Assembly: GCF_016433145.1 (NCBI RefSeq) | Contig: NC_058133.1 | Location: 261,563,836-261,627,835 of the forward strand | Direction of reading: 5' to 3' | Source of the DNA: Gracilinanus agilis | Taxonomy: Eukaryota | DNA length: 64,000 bases | In this document: piece after piece, positions 11,954 through 24,247 of the stretch | Position numbering within the stretch: position 1 is the stretch's first letter | Layout: every line of letters starts with the position of its first letter | Program-made: the position numbers and the translations under genes | The notes under the pieces: model-generated | Databases searched by the model: none | Seen by the model: the letters and a program-made list of their open reading frames with translations, nothing else | Told to the model about the DNA's origin: nothing

Positions 11954-13663
11954 GTATATGAGCTTGGTTTTTGGTGGGACCCTGGAAATGAGGGGGTGGA
12001 GAAGGTCCTTTTTGAAGAGTTGAGGCATGGGCCCAGGGTTTGGGAGCTCGAGTAGGCACTGGGGAAATGAAGGAATAGATCTGGGGGTGGGGATAGGGGA
12101 GGCAGAGGGGGAAGAGCCCAGTTTGCTGACATAATACAAGTTTCACTTATAGGTTCTTCTCAGGGTTGCCGAGGGGACCAAGGCTGGAAATCAAGTTTGT
12201 GAGATAGTCTCCTGTACTCCTGTGTGTCTGGAAGTATATGCTATACTTGCCCCCCCATCATCACACCTCCCATTCAATTCCTGTTCCTCCCACTTCCTGC
12301 AGCTCCCATCCCCATCCTGATGCCCTCCTCTTTCTAGCCCATCTGATCCTCCTTCCTTTTTCATTGACTCTTCTCTCCCTCAGATCCCTGACAGCTTTTC
12401 TACCTCAATGTTCTTCTCAGCCCTGGGTCTGAGGAAGGGGGCCAGGGTCAAGGAAAGGGGGAGAATCACCTGGAACTCCTGTTGGGGACAGAGCCAGGGA
12501 TGCTGTAGATAGGCCCTAGAGGGAATGGGAGTAGACAAAGAAAACCAGTTGCGCAAACCAGGTGCTAAGGGGGGAAGAAAGGGGAGGAATCAGACAGGAC
12601 AGGTTGGGACAGCAGGGACCTACCTGTATTGGCTGCTAAGGTCCCTTCCAACTCTTAAATGTGCGATTCTGTAATTGGGAGAGGCCAGAGGCACAGAGAC
12701 AGAAGCAACCCCTCTGTTGGAGCCATTCAGATGGCACAGAAGATGCCAGCAATCTGTTTGCTCACCCTCGGAAGTAAACTTTTCCCTTGGCAATAAAACT
12801 GCTGGGGGTAGAAAAGGACTATCCAGAAACTGGGGTTAACCCTCAGTACTCTGAGGCTCACTTTGGCTCCTACTCCATTTCTTAATTTGGAACTCAAGGG
12901 ACTTGGGTTCAGATCTTGGTCTAGTTCAGGCCACTTTGTCAGCTTTGGTAAATCTCAGAATCTCTTTGGGCCTCAATTCCCTCACCTTAATAGTGCAGGA
13001 ATTGGATTCTGTGACTTTGGAGGCTCCCAGCTGATGATCCTCAGATTCTTTGGGGGGACAGGAAGAGGAAGGAGCCAGTTTCCCTTAGACAAGCAGGTTG
13101 CCATGAGGCTGAGAGTCCTAGACCTTCTCATGAATACTCACAGCTATTTCCACCTGTCACCTCCTCACTCACAAGCACATACTCACACCTCATCAGCTGG
13201 CACAAGTACTGCCACCCTCACAAGTCTGCAAATAGACACATTCACAGAAACACTCCTGATGGGATGCGGAATCTCGAGGTCTGCTCACAAAGGAAATAAA
13301 CAGCTAATCTCTGTAGGGCTGGGGGTGGGATCCAGGACAATCCCACTGACCTGAGCTCAGCTCTAGCCCCACTGCCCTCCCTGCAGAGGCTCCATCAAGA
13401 AAGNNNNNNNNNNNNNNNNNNNNNNNNNNNNNNNNNNNNNNNNNNNNNNNNNNNNNNNNNNNNNNNNNNNNNNNNNNNNNNNNNNNNNNNNNNNNNNNNN
13501 NNNNNNNNNNNNNNNNNNNNNNNNNNNNNNNNNNNNNNNNNNNNNNNNNNNNNNNNNNNNNNNNNNNNNNNNNNNNNNNNNNNNNNNTCCTAGAGCCAGG
13601 AAAGGACTGGGGAATCATATCTCTTCCCTAACTCCCACTCTAGATATTCTCCCAAAGGCTTTC

Positions 13664-13878
13664 TTTTTTCCTTTTTTTTTTTTTTAAACCCTTATCATCC
13701 ATCTTAGAATTGATACTGTATATTTGTTCCAAAGCTGAAGAGCGAAAAAGGTGAGGCAATGGGGGGTAAGTGGTGTACATGGGGTCACACAGCTAGGAAG
13801 TGTCTGAGGCCAGATTTGAACCCAGGACCTCTCATCTCTAGACCTGGCTCTCTATCCACTGAATTACCACACTGCCTC
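13664..13878 (-). mobile_element. SINE1_Mdo-type SINE (representative; many more copies, e.g. ~17069-17255, 21110-21330, 29720-29910, 33930-34130, 34455-34650, 35137-35320, 45720-45915, 55010-55200, 55600-55825, 60165-60350)
   Basis: It has a tRNA-like head, the CORE region and a 3' cccattgcctagcccttac..ggaaggtaagggttt tail. A 15-bp TSD, ctcccaaagg(c/t)tttc, lies at 13649-13663 and 13879-13893. Confidence 0.88.
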
Positions 13879-14047
13879 CTCCCAAAGGTTTTCAGTGATA
13901 AAAGCTTCCTTTGGCAAGGGTAGGGATTGGGATGGAGACAGAGAGGCACCTACATTTTTCATAATGGCAGGCACTGGCCAGTTGGGTAGGATGTGGGGGC
14001 TTGAGGCTTCTTAGGCTTTTAAATTCCTTTATTCCATTCAACTAAAC

Positions 14048-14240
14048 CAGTGGTTCCCAAACTTTTTTGGCCTACCGCCCCCTTTCCAGAAAAAATATTA
14101 CTTAGCCCCCTGGAAATTAATTTTTCTTAAATTTTAATAGCAATTAATAGGAAAGATAAATGCACCTGTGGCCATCACCATTTTCCTGGATCGCTGCAGC
14201 ACCCACCAGGGGGCAGTGGCATCCACTTGGTGAATCACTG
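14048..14240 (+). mobile_element. hAT (Charlie-type) MITE, 193 bp
   Basis: The termini are cagtggttcccaaa ... tgaatcactg. A perfect 8-bp TSD, aactaaac, lies at 14040-14047 and 14241-14248. Confidence 0.9.
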
Positions 14241-14660
14241 AACTAAACTATCACCCCAGGCTTATGCTGAGAAGGAAAAATAGGAGAAAAACTGGCCTGA
14301 CCTCTTTCCCACCCTGATCCTTGGTCTTGGAGAATGATCCCTCTCACCTCACCCCAGATCCTAGCTTCATATCAAACTCCAGAGGTTCAAGGGGTACCAG
14401 GCTTAGAGCTAAAAAAGGCAGATCCTCCTATCACACTCATTTCTACCTCTTTGCTTTGGCTCATACATCCCCCTCCATACTATTCTCCCAAATTCCTTTC
14501 CAAATTCCAACTCATCCTTTAAACCTCCCTCATCTTCTTCCTCTGAAAAGCCTCCCCTGGCAACTCTCCCACCCAGCACACAGGATCCACCCCTCCTTCC
14601 CTCCCTCCTCCAAATCCTTACAGCTTGTTCTTAGGCACATATTGCCCCAGATTGCCATTT

Positions 14661-14666
14661 TTTATT
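14661..14666 (-). terminator. Candidate SPDEF poly(A) signal (AATAAA on -)
   Basis: This is the first AATAAA I found on the minus strand downstream of the SPDEF stop, about 820 nt away. There is no transcript evidence here. Confidence 0.45.
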
Positions 14667-14999
14667 TCTGTACACGTGTATGTATATGTGTATGTGGGCA
14701 CCTCCCCAACGAGACTGCAACTTCCTTCCACTCAAGGAGGAGCCTCTGATTTCCCTAGCACCCATCCTCCCACCCACCCTCACCCCTACCAAGCCCAAGC
14801 ACAGACTAGGTTCCCAGTGAACCTTTAGGGGATGAATTGTCAACAGAGAGACTGAGAACTGGCAGCAAGGAGCCCCTGGGAGACTCTCGTTGGGCTGGGG
14901 TCCCAGGGCGAGCCCAGGGAGTGGGAAGAGTGACAAGGAAGAGTTGGAAGAATCCTCCCTTGGGAGGTCATTCCAAGGGAGTCTCAAGTCCCAGAGACT

Positions 15000-15002
<3 letters not shown>

Positions 15003-15054
<52 letters not shown>
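15003..15054. repeat. (GT)26 microsatellite, probably in the SPDEF 3' UTR
   Basis: Directly visible, between the SPDEF stop and the candidate poly(A) signal. Confidence 0.95.
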
Positions 15055-15059
<5 letters not shown>

Positions 15060-15479
15060 CCCCAGTGGGGAACATAGAACAGGGCATGGGAGCAGGTGAA
15101 CATTTTGGGAGGAGAGTCAGGTTCAGCAATTTGGCCAGAGAAAGACCCCCACCCTCACAGGGTCCTAGTCCCCAAAGAATATATTTGTGCTTGTTCAAAG
15201 AGAAGCCCTCCCCAACACAGGCCCCTTGTACCTTGGACAGGGCTCAGCTCTGAGCAGGGCAAGGAACCAAGCTAGTAAGGAGCCTCACTGGTCCCCTTGG
15301 CCTGGGCACAGTTCCCAGCGGCCCTGGCTCAGGACAGGGGTTCTGGGTAGAGGAGGCAGAGCCTCGGATAGGGTTGGGGGGGCAAAGCTGAGGGAGAGGT
15401 AAGCCAGTGGGATGAGATCAGGGCGCATCTTGCTTTGTCCCTCTTCTGGCTCCCGGCCAGTACCCAGAGATGCTCCCAG

Positions 15480-15658
15480 TCAGACAGGATGCACAAACTG
15501 GTAAACCAATCGCTGGGAAATGTCAGGTTTGCGAATGATCCCCTTCTTGTAATACTGGCGGATGGAGCGGCTCAGCTTGTCATAGTTCATGGCCGGACGA
15601 TTCTTGCGGATGCCCCACAGCCGGGCTACCTGGGCTGAGTCCTCGATCTTGAAAATGC
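15480..15658 (-). CDS. SPDEF: SPDEF last coding exon, second half of ETS domain, stop TGA at 15482-15480
   Basis: The acceptor is catcctccAG (15660-15659). It reads (G)[58 protein letters not shown]. The five exons sum to 990 nt, giving 329 aa plus stop. Confidence 0.97.
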
Positions 15659-18600
15659 CTGGAGGATGTTTGTGATGTGAATGTAAGAAATCAGGGGAGG
15701 AGAGCAGGGCGAAGAACAGAGGGATAAGGGAAGAGAGATGGAGTTCATTTAGATCAGTTTGAGAATTTTGGATGGAGGGGGCGTTTGCAGAGTCTCTGCT
15801 CTAGACCAAACTGCAGAAGGGAAATAAAGGAGGCATCTGATGGGGAGGGGAGGGCAGGTAGTCTTCCCTCCTAAACCTCCCCTGCAAATCAGAAGTATAC
15901 CCAAAGTCTCATAATAAGTCTGTGAGTCCATCTTTGTGCCTTCAGGCAGAACTCTAGCTGGATCACTAAGGATGGAGAGCTCCCAGGTTGCCCTTTTCCT
16001 TTAAATCCACTTTCTAGGATGGGGCAACATTTTCTATTTTCTCTTGGATATGCATTTTGGCATTCCCTCAACCCATTCCACCAAGAAGCTTCTTCTAATT
16101 GTTCCCTACAGTTGCTCTTGCTGTAATCAGACTCTCCGCCATTCTTCAAGGCCAAGTTTGAGTTCTACCTATGTCCTCTTCACTACTTGAGTTCATGATG
16201 TTATTGTTCAATCTCATCGGACTCTATTTGACCCCACGGACGTTGACCATTGGCTTTTCTTGGTAAAGACACTGGAGTAGTTTGCCATTTCCTTCTCCAG
16301 GGTCCTCCTTTTACAAATGAAGACCTGAGGCAAATAGGGGTTCATTGACTTGCCCAAGGTTTCACAGTAGAGTGTCTGAGGCCAGATTTGAATTCAGATC
16401 TTCCTAACTCCAGACCTGAGGCTCTACATACTGCATCATCTAGCTTCCCAGTCCATAATGACTTTTCCCTTACAATCCCTAAAGAGGCCAGCAGCCTAGA
16501 GTAGTGAAAAGAGCATCTGACTGGTGTCAGAAGACGTGGGTTCAAATCCAGGCTTTAGTACTTATTGGCAATATGACTGTGGTCAAGCCACTTGGGCTTT
16601 TGAACAAAGCATTGGACAAAGTCTCACGTTAATCTTGTGAACAAGATGGGATCAATGGGGAATAAAAGACAGCAAGACTACATGGATTCAAAACTGATTG
16701 AATGACCAGATAATAATCATGATCATCATCATCAACATCATCTTATTAGTAATAGTTAGCAATTTTCATATAATCATTTCTTTTTTTTAAGATCTGTAAA
16801 GCACTTTACAAATATCCTATTGGATCCCCACAACTCTGGGAAATAGGTGTTATTATATATAACTCTCCTAATTGCTGAACATGCCATCTTTGTCCAGTAA
16901 CCACCAGGAGGGCTCGCTACTGAGGGAAATGAATCAGAATTTTTGGGGAGGAAATGAATTACATCAATCTCCACATGCTCACAATAAAGGCAACTGGAAC
17001 ACATCAGGAAGCTGCAACTAATTGGGAGAATGGAGCACGGGTTCTCCTTGGCAAAAGCAAATAGAAGGGTGGCAGCTAGATAGGTTAGTACAATTGAGAG
17101 CCAGGCAAGAGATGGGAGGTCCTGGGTTCAAATCTGACCTCAGACACTTCCTAGCTTTGTGATCCTGGACAAGTCATTTAATCCCCATTGCTTAGCCCTT
17201 ACTGCTTTTCTGCCTTGGAACCAATTGATTCCAAGATGGAAGGTAAGGGTTATTTGGTTGTTGTTGCTGTTGTTTTCTTTTTAAGATCAAATAGAAGATG
17301 AAGCTAATTTTGTCTTGTGGGGCAAAGGCAACAAGAAATGGCTCTTTGTGAGACATGAAGCCAACCACTTTGCATTGTTAATGTGGAGTGTAAGCAAAAA
17401 AGATCAACATGAAAATAAAAACATTTTTATATATTGATAACATCGGAGGCAGAGGGGGTAAGGAGGTAGAGAAATTATACGACAGCATCACTTTTGTTGT
17501 TATTGTTGGGCAGCTAGGTAGCACAACAGAGAGAGTGCTGGTCCTGGAGTCAGGAAGATTCATCTTCCCAAGTTCAAATCTGGCCTCACACACTTACTAG
17601 CTGTGTGACCTGGGCAAGTCATTTAACCTTGTTTGCCTCTGTTTCCTCAACTGTAAAATGAGCTGTGGGAAGAAATGGCAAACCACTCTAATATCTTTGC
17701 CAAGAAAACCCAAATAGAGTTACAAGTGATGGGATTGAACAACAAAAAACAACTTAACATTTGTTGCTACAGCATCATAGTCAGCATAGAGGAGGCTGGT
17801 GAAAAATATGTTGGAAAATAAGGTTCAGGATCAAGAAACCAAAAAAGGCTGAAAGATTGCAATTTACACAAAAACCATATATCATGAATATGTTACTCAA
17901 GAAGAGGAGCACCAAATAATCCTTCAAAAACTCTGAAAATAGCAATAACTGAACAGACAGAAAATGGATGGTTACTGATGTGTGGGATCATTCACAAAGC
18001 AGCTGTCAAAACATTAACTTGTTAAAGCAAAAAAAGAATCAAAACCAGAATTTTAAAAAAAGAATAAAAAGCCAAGCAGGAATTATTGTGTAGATGGGGA
18101 AAAAAACAACTCTAAAAAATGAATAGCTATTGACCAGGAAACACTTGAACACTAGTGTATATAAATGTGAAATTCTAACTATGAGGGTTTCTGAGAAACA
18201 TGGGAAGACTTGTATGAACTGATATAGAGTGAAGGAAAGACCAGAAAAAAACGATATACGCCATGACCATAGCTAGGTGGCACAGCATATAGGACAATGA
18301 ATCTTAGAGTTAGGAAAACCTGAATTTAAATCTGGTCTCAGACATTTACTAGCTGGGTGACCCTGGACAAGTCACTTAACCCCCATTGCCTAGCCCTTAT
18401 TGCTCTTCTGCCTTGGAACCAACACATGATATTGACTCTAAGACAGAAGGTAAGGATTTTTTTTAAAATACTTTTTTTAAAATATAGGATGGCTCTCTGG
18501 GAGTGGAAGGGGAAGGATACTGCTCATAACTATGATGATGTAAATAAAGATGACATCTATTGAAAACTTATTTTAAAAAATAAGTAAATAAGTGCTTATT

Positions 18601-18899
18601 GAATTTAATCATGTACAAGTCTTATAAAATAGAAAATCAAAAAGTTGTATGACCAGTAAAGGAGGTGGGATGAAGCTAGGCGTTTAGGGAGACCAAAGGA
18701 TAACAGAGAGTGAGTGCCTAAGGGCTACGATAGTACCCTTTTGCCCTTATAATGTTGAGATCTAGTCAAGAAAATCTCTCTGGTATGATTTATGGTAGAG
18801 CATGGATAAGTATTACACAGGATGAGAAGGTGTGAATAGATTTGTTTTCTTTTTTTCCTTGTTGGAAGGAGGATCTTTGCCAAGAACACAGATATAATG

Positions 18900-19310
18900 A
18901 AGTAGAAATCAATGTAAATAGAAGTCTCTAGTGGGATCTGTCCTTGGTTCTGTTTTGTTCATTTTTTTTAATCCGTGATTTGGATAAAGGCACAGACATC
19001 ATGCTTAGCAAATTTGCAGATGACACAATGTTGAATTAAGTAGCTACAGAATCAAAAAAACCTAAAAGATTCCAACAATTCTAAAATATAAGACCAGGTC
19101 TTATCAGATGAAATTTAGTGGTGACAAATGCAAAGTCAGATCTGGGTCTAAAAAAAAATTGCACAAGCTCATGATGGTAGAGGCATAGCTAGGTTTGTGT
19201 GAAAAAAGATGAAGGGGTCTTATTTGATTAGAAACTTGACAGGATTGTGATATGGAGGCCTAAAATGCTAATGTGATCTTAGATTGTATTAAGTGAGGCC
19301 AAGCATCAAA
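18900..19310 (+). mobile_element. CR1/L3 LINE RT remnant
   Basis: The decayed RT reads DLDKGTDIMLSKFADDT (19000-19030 region). Further L3 pieces lie near 16605-16712, 10270-10620 and 21640-21930. Confidence 0.75.
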
Positions 19311-19405
19311 AAAAAAATGACCATTCAACTCTGCCTGGTCAGAGTCTTCCCAGTGCCCAACGTGGCCCTTGCCACCATTCTCCTTCCTGAGAATTCTCCA
19401 CTCAC

Positions 19406-19552
19406 CTTTCTCCTTATTGAGCCATCGGATGAAGCGGCCATAGCTATGTGGTTTGAGCAAGAGCTCTTTAAGGAACTGCCAAAGGTGGATAGGCTGGCCA
19501 GAGCAGGAAGAGTCCACTTCATTGTTGTTCCAGGTCTCCTCGCTCCCCACGG
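19406..19552 (-). CDS. SPDEF: SPDEF coding exon, first half of ETS domain
   Basis: The acceptor is ctcctccAG and the donor is G|GTGAG; length is 147 nt. It reads (A)VGSEETWNNNEVDSSCSGQPIHLWQFLKELLLKPHSYGRFIRWLNKEK, with the ETS LWQFL signature. Confidence 0.97.
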
Positions 19553-19676
19553 CTGGAGGAGAGATAGACTACTGAGTCCTGGAGTGCCTAGAAGGGCTCC
19601 CCGTTTGTCTTGGCTCATCTGCACCCCTTCCCCTACTCCCTTACCACCCTAGACCCAAACCTCCCAAGGGTCTCAC

Positions 19677-19721
19677 CACAGACGTGCAGAGCTCCAGAAG
19701 TTCTCTCTTTCATCCAGGCGG
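19677..19721 (-). CDS. SPDEF: SPDEF 45-nt coding micro-exon (linker)
   Basis: The acceptor is ctgctacAG and the donor is G|GTGAGA. It reads (A)AWMKERTSGALHVC and keeps phase between the neighbouring exons. It is not shown in the ORF track. Confidence 0.92.
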
Positions 19722-20725
19722 CTGTAGCAGAAGGAAGGGCTTGATGAGAATCACAGAGACACCAGCCTGAGTGTCAGGGAAGAGGAAGGCAGGGACCTTA
19801 GGACCCTGGTCCAAGAGCTGGAAGAAACTTCAGAGGCCATCAAGTCCAAACCTCTTATTTTATAGATAAGGAAACTGAGGCCGGGAGGTAAAGTGATTTA
19901 CCCCATTAGAGGTGGGATTGGAACCCAAGTCCTCTGACTCAGACCCAGCCTTCTTTCTCCTGGACCATGTGGGGACTGAACTGCAGGGCTCAAAATAAGT
20001 GTATTATTAATGTGGAAAACAATAATAAGATCTGAGGATGCACTAAGAGATGTGGTATCCAGAAAGGAGGAGGAGATGGTCAGGGCATATCTAGAAGGTT
20101 CGGTTCTAGGGGTTCTGTTTAAAAGAATATTGGCATGTTGGAGCTTGTCCAGAGGAGGATGGCTCAGAATGATTGCAGGGATTTAAGTCAGAAGTATATG
20201 GCAGGGTAGAAGACAGGACTGGAGCTAGTGCTGAGGTTGGGAATGGGAATGGAATTAGAACTGGGAAAGGGACCACAAGTAGGGCTAGAACAGAGGATCA
20301 CGGAATTAGAACTGGAAGGGACCAGTCCAACTCCTCTCTCCCATTTTGCGTTTGAGGAAACGGAGTAATCAATGCAACTAGGAACTTCTGGGGTGGGATT
20401 TGAACCCCATCTTTGTGCCTGCAAGCTCAGGGTCCTCTATCCAACATATCAGGGAATGGGGGTGATGCAGGAGATGGGTTTGGGGGCCAAGATCAAAGGA
20501 CTTGTCTGTTTTCCCTAGAAGAGAGTAAATGACTTCCCACCTGGAGCCCAGATGTGTCTTCTTGGCATGTTCTGTTCCAGGATAAAGGTCAGTATAGGGT
20601 AGGATGTCACCGTGGTTAGTAGCAGCCAGTGAGGAGGAGCAGGAGAGTGCCTAGAACCCTTGCCCCTTGGGTTTGCGGTAGTCCAGCCTTTGCCCCACTG
20701 TCCTTCACCCCCTGCCCATGCCTAC

Positions 20726-20923
20726 CTGATTTCCAGATATCCAAGTGAGCGTGCAGAATATCACCACATAGAGGGGAGCGCTGGCGGAACTGCTCTTCTG
20801 ACATGGCACACAGCTCCTTGCCCCCCAGCTCTTGGAAGGCTTTGCCCACCGGAGGCAGCCGGTACTGGTGCTCTGTCCAAAGCAGCCACTTCTGCACATT
20901 TCCAGGACTCCAGTCACTGGGGT
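20726..20923 (-). CDS. SPDEF: SPDEF coding exon, PNT (SAM/pointed) domain
   Basis: The acceptor is cccaacAG and the donor is G|GTAGG; length is 198 nt. It reads (D)PSDWSPGNVQKWLLWTEHQYRLPPVGKAFQELGGKELCAMSEEQFRQRSPLCGDILHAHLDIWKS. Confidence 0.96.
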
Positions 20924-22509
20924 CTGTTGGGGGGAAAAGTTCTACTCTCAGTTCCTGAGACTACAATGCCTCTTCATGGGAAGGGGATTGAGGCTTCTCT
21001 ACACCTTTTCCCTTCCTAGTTCCCCAACACCTATTTTTTTCCTTTTCACAGGATATAGATAGGTTCCTTTTCTCCCCAACCAAACCCCTAAAAGCAGGGG
21101 TGAATTTTTATTTATTTTTTACTTTTTTTAAAAATGCATTTTTATTTATTCATTTTTAAGCCCTCACCTTCTGTCTTAGAATCAATACTAAGTATTAGTT
21201 CCAAGGGATAAGAGCCATAAGGTTAAGTGATTTGCCCAGGGTCACACAGCTAAGAAGTGTCTGAGGCTAGATTTGAACCCAGCATCTCCTGCCTGCAGGC
21301 CTGGCTCTCTATCCACTGAACCACCTAGCCACTCCGAGGCACACATTTTTAATCTTCCTTGTATCTTTCTCAAGTGCCCAGGACAGGACTAACCACATAA
21401 TGAGCAAACAATGGACAACCTCTGAGATCCTTTCCAATCCTGTGAAGTACTTATTGACATTAATGTTATGATGTGAAGGATCCCTTCCAAGATAGCTCTC
21501 TTGCCCCTAAGAAAGATATCTTCCCCCAAAGGCTACCAGAGCACATGCAATTCTAGCACCAAAGATTTATTCTTCTGGGTGTTGAAAGTTTTTGCAACTT
21601 TTTCCTGTTTAAGGTGAAATTTCTCAAGAATAAATGTAAAATCTTACACAGATTCAAAAAATCAATTTCACAAGTATAAAATAGCTATGTAGCAGTAGTT
21701 CAAGGGTGGGGAAAGATCTGGGGTTTTTAAGAAAACCCAATGTAAGACGCAGCATAGGGAAGTCAAAAATTACTTGAGTCTTAGTCTTCATTAAGAGAAA
21801 TCTTGTTCAGAAAACTCTATTCCATCCTGATCAGACAATGTTTGAAGTCAATTCTGGATGCTCATTTGATACTGACTCAATGGAGGGTGTCTATGGCAAC
21901 CTGGATGGGCCTGGAGGCTTAAGGAGAGATGGGATTAGAGTTGTGATTTCATTGATATTATGAAGAGATTCCTTCTATCTTCTCTGAAATTTAGAGACTT
22001 GCCCAGAGTCCTACAGCTATTATTATGTAACAAAGGCAGGTCTTGAATCCACATCTCTCTGTCCACTAGACCACACTGTCCCTGGATGCCATAGATGCAA
22101 ATTGAAAACTTATGAAGGGCTCAGGTAGCACAATGCTGATTGCATCCTACTAAAATCTCAGCTGTTTGCCTTTGCTCCTACACATCTGCTGCTTTACATA
22201 AGAGAAGAAAATCACACAATTACTCTGATTGAGTCCACTACAAATTTATGTTTTGTTGTAATTTAGTCATTTTCAATCATGTCTGACTCTTTCTGACTGC
22301 TTTTGGAGTTTTCTTGGGAAAAAAATACTGGAATGGTTTGCCATTTTCTTCTTTAGCTCATTTTACAGATGAGGAAACTGAGGCCAACAGGATGACAGGA
22401 CTTGCCCAGGGTCATACAGCTAGGAAGTGTCTAAGATCAGATTTGAAGTCAGATCTTTCTGTCTCCAGACCCAGAGTTCTTTCCACTGCACCACTTAGCT
22501 GCCCAATCC

Positions 22510-23670
22510 TATAACTCCTTTATCCATTCAATATTCCACTCTCCACAGAAGCTCTTCCAGACCTTTTCATCTCTCCTTAAATTTCACATGGCTTCCCCTC
22601 CTCATACTCTCTCAAGTGAGAACCTTGCCTTATATTTCCTTTTTTTTTTTTTAAACCATTACCTTCTTTCTTAGAATTTATACTTAGATATTGGGTCCAA
22701 GGCAGAAAAATGATAAGGGTTAAGTGACTTGCTCAGGATCACACAGCTAGGAAGTGTCTGAGGCCAGATTTGAACCCAGGACCTCTCATCTCTAGTCCTG
22801 GATCTCTATCTACCAAGCCACCCACCTGTCCCCCTTGCCATATATTTCATCCACTGTGAGCTTCCTCTTTTCTCCTCTTCCTCACCTCATATCACTCAGA
22901 TGCCTTCTAACACTAGCTCCTCCTTCATCTCTATCTCACAGAAACAGGTGGTCTTTCTCCTTACCAAAGCTAACCCTTCAATCTGCACAGCAGACCCCAT
23001 TCCATACCCTCTTCTCCAGCAGGTTGTCCCTTTCTGTCATCTCCATTTATCTTCAGTCTCTTCCAGTCTATTGGTTTCTTCCCAACAGCCTATGACTAGG
23101 CTCATGTCTTCCCTTATTCTCCAAAAACCCTTACCAGATCCTTCCATCCCTATTATCATCCTCTGTCTTCTCCCCTCTGTGGTCAGCTCCTTGAAAAGAC
23201 CATGCCCAACAGGTGTCTCCGCTTTCTCTGCTCTTATTTCTTAGTCCCTTGCAGTCTGGTATCTGACCTGTGGTTCCACTGAAACTCTTTACTCCAAAGT
23301 CAGCAATGATTTTTCCCACTCTTCATTCTTCTTGACCTCTCTGACACCTTTGATACTGCTGACCACTCTCTTCTGGACATTCTCTTCTCTCTAGGTTCTC
23401 ATTCTACCTATCCAGCTGCTTCCCCTCCATCTCCTTAGCTAGGTCCTCCTCCAGAACATCCTCTAAGTGTAGGTGTCCCTCAGGGTTCTGTTCTGGGTCC
23501 TCTTCTCTTCTCCCTCCAGACTAATTCACTTGGCCATCACATCAGCTCCTATAGATTTAATGGCCGTCTCTGTACTGATGATTCTCAAGTCTACCTTTTT
23601 GCTCTAAACTCTCTACCATCCCCCAATTTCACACTTCCATTTGCCTTTTAGATAGCTCAAATTGAATGTG
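22510..23670 (+). mobile_element. L2 LINE fragment with RT remnant, interrupted by a SINE1 (~22641-22833)
   Basis: The decayed RT reads [14 protein letters not shown]...DDSQVY near 23492-23596. The SINE is flanked by the TSD ccttgcc(t/a)tatatttc. Confidence 0.8.
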
Positions 23671-24247
23671 ACTTACTCAGGATCACAGGGCTAATGAGAC
23701 CAGTCTAGGCTTCAGATCCATCTGACTCTAGATCCATTTATCTACCCAGAAGGTTCATCGGTTTGTGATCAGATAAGAAACAGGAAAACTGGGTAGGATT
23801 ATATCTAAGTGGGGGACACACCAAGGTTTCCTTCTAAGGAAAATGGATGGGGCCAAGGGGTGGCCAAGAGAGATGCTGGCTATATATCAGGAAGCCTATT
23901 TGGCCTAGCAGCCCTTCTTTAGGCTTCAATTTTCTCTTTGTTGGTAAAAAAGAGAGTGTTGGAGTAGATAATCTCAAAGGTCCCTTTCTGAGGCAAACAT
24001 TCCATGGTTCCATGATATTATAAGTATGAATTAGCCTTGATGTCTGGATTCTGATTATTTTAGGCTGAGCTGTAATTCAAAAATCAGTGCTCTGAGGGTT
24101 ATTTTTCTTTCTTTTCCTTATATAAAGCCATCCTTTGTAGGTAAGTGCATTAAGGAGAGTTCCATGCTCTAGCCAAGAGAATTTGGGAGAAATGGCGAAT
24201 CCCGCAGGCCTGTGTTTATAGAAGCAGCCAGGTGGCGCAGTGGAGAG

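Noticed and set aside
11654-12139. 161-aa minus-strand ORF between the genes
   Set aside because: It has no recognisable domain and no supporting splice structure, and it crosses the poly(A)-signal palindrome.
19293-20897. Overlapping or antisense ORFs around the SPDEF internal exons
   Set aside because: They are shadows of real exons. The ORF-track starts (GTG at 19550, 20897) are internal codons, not initiation sites.
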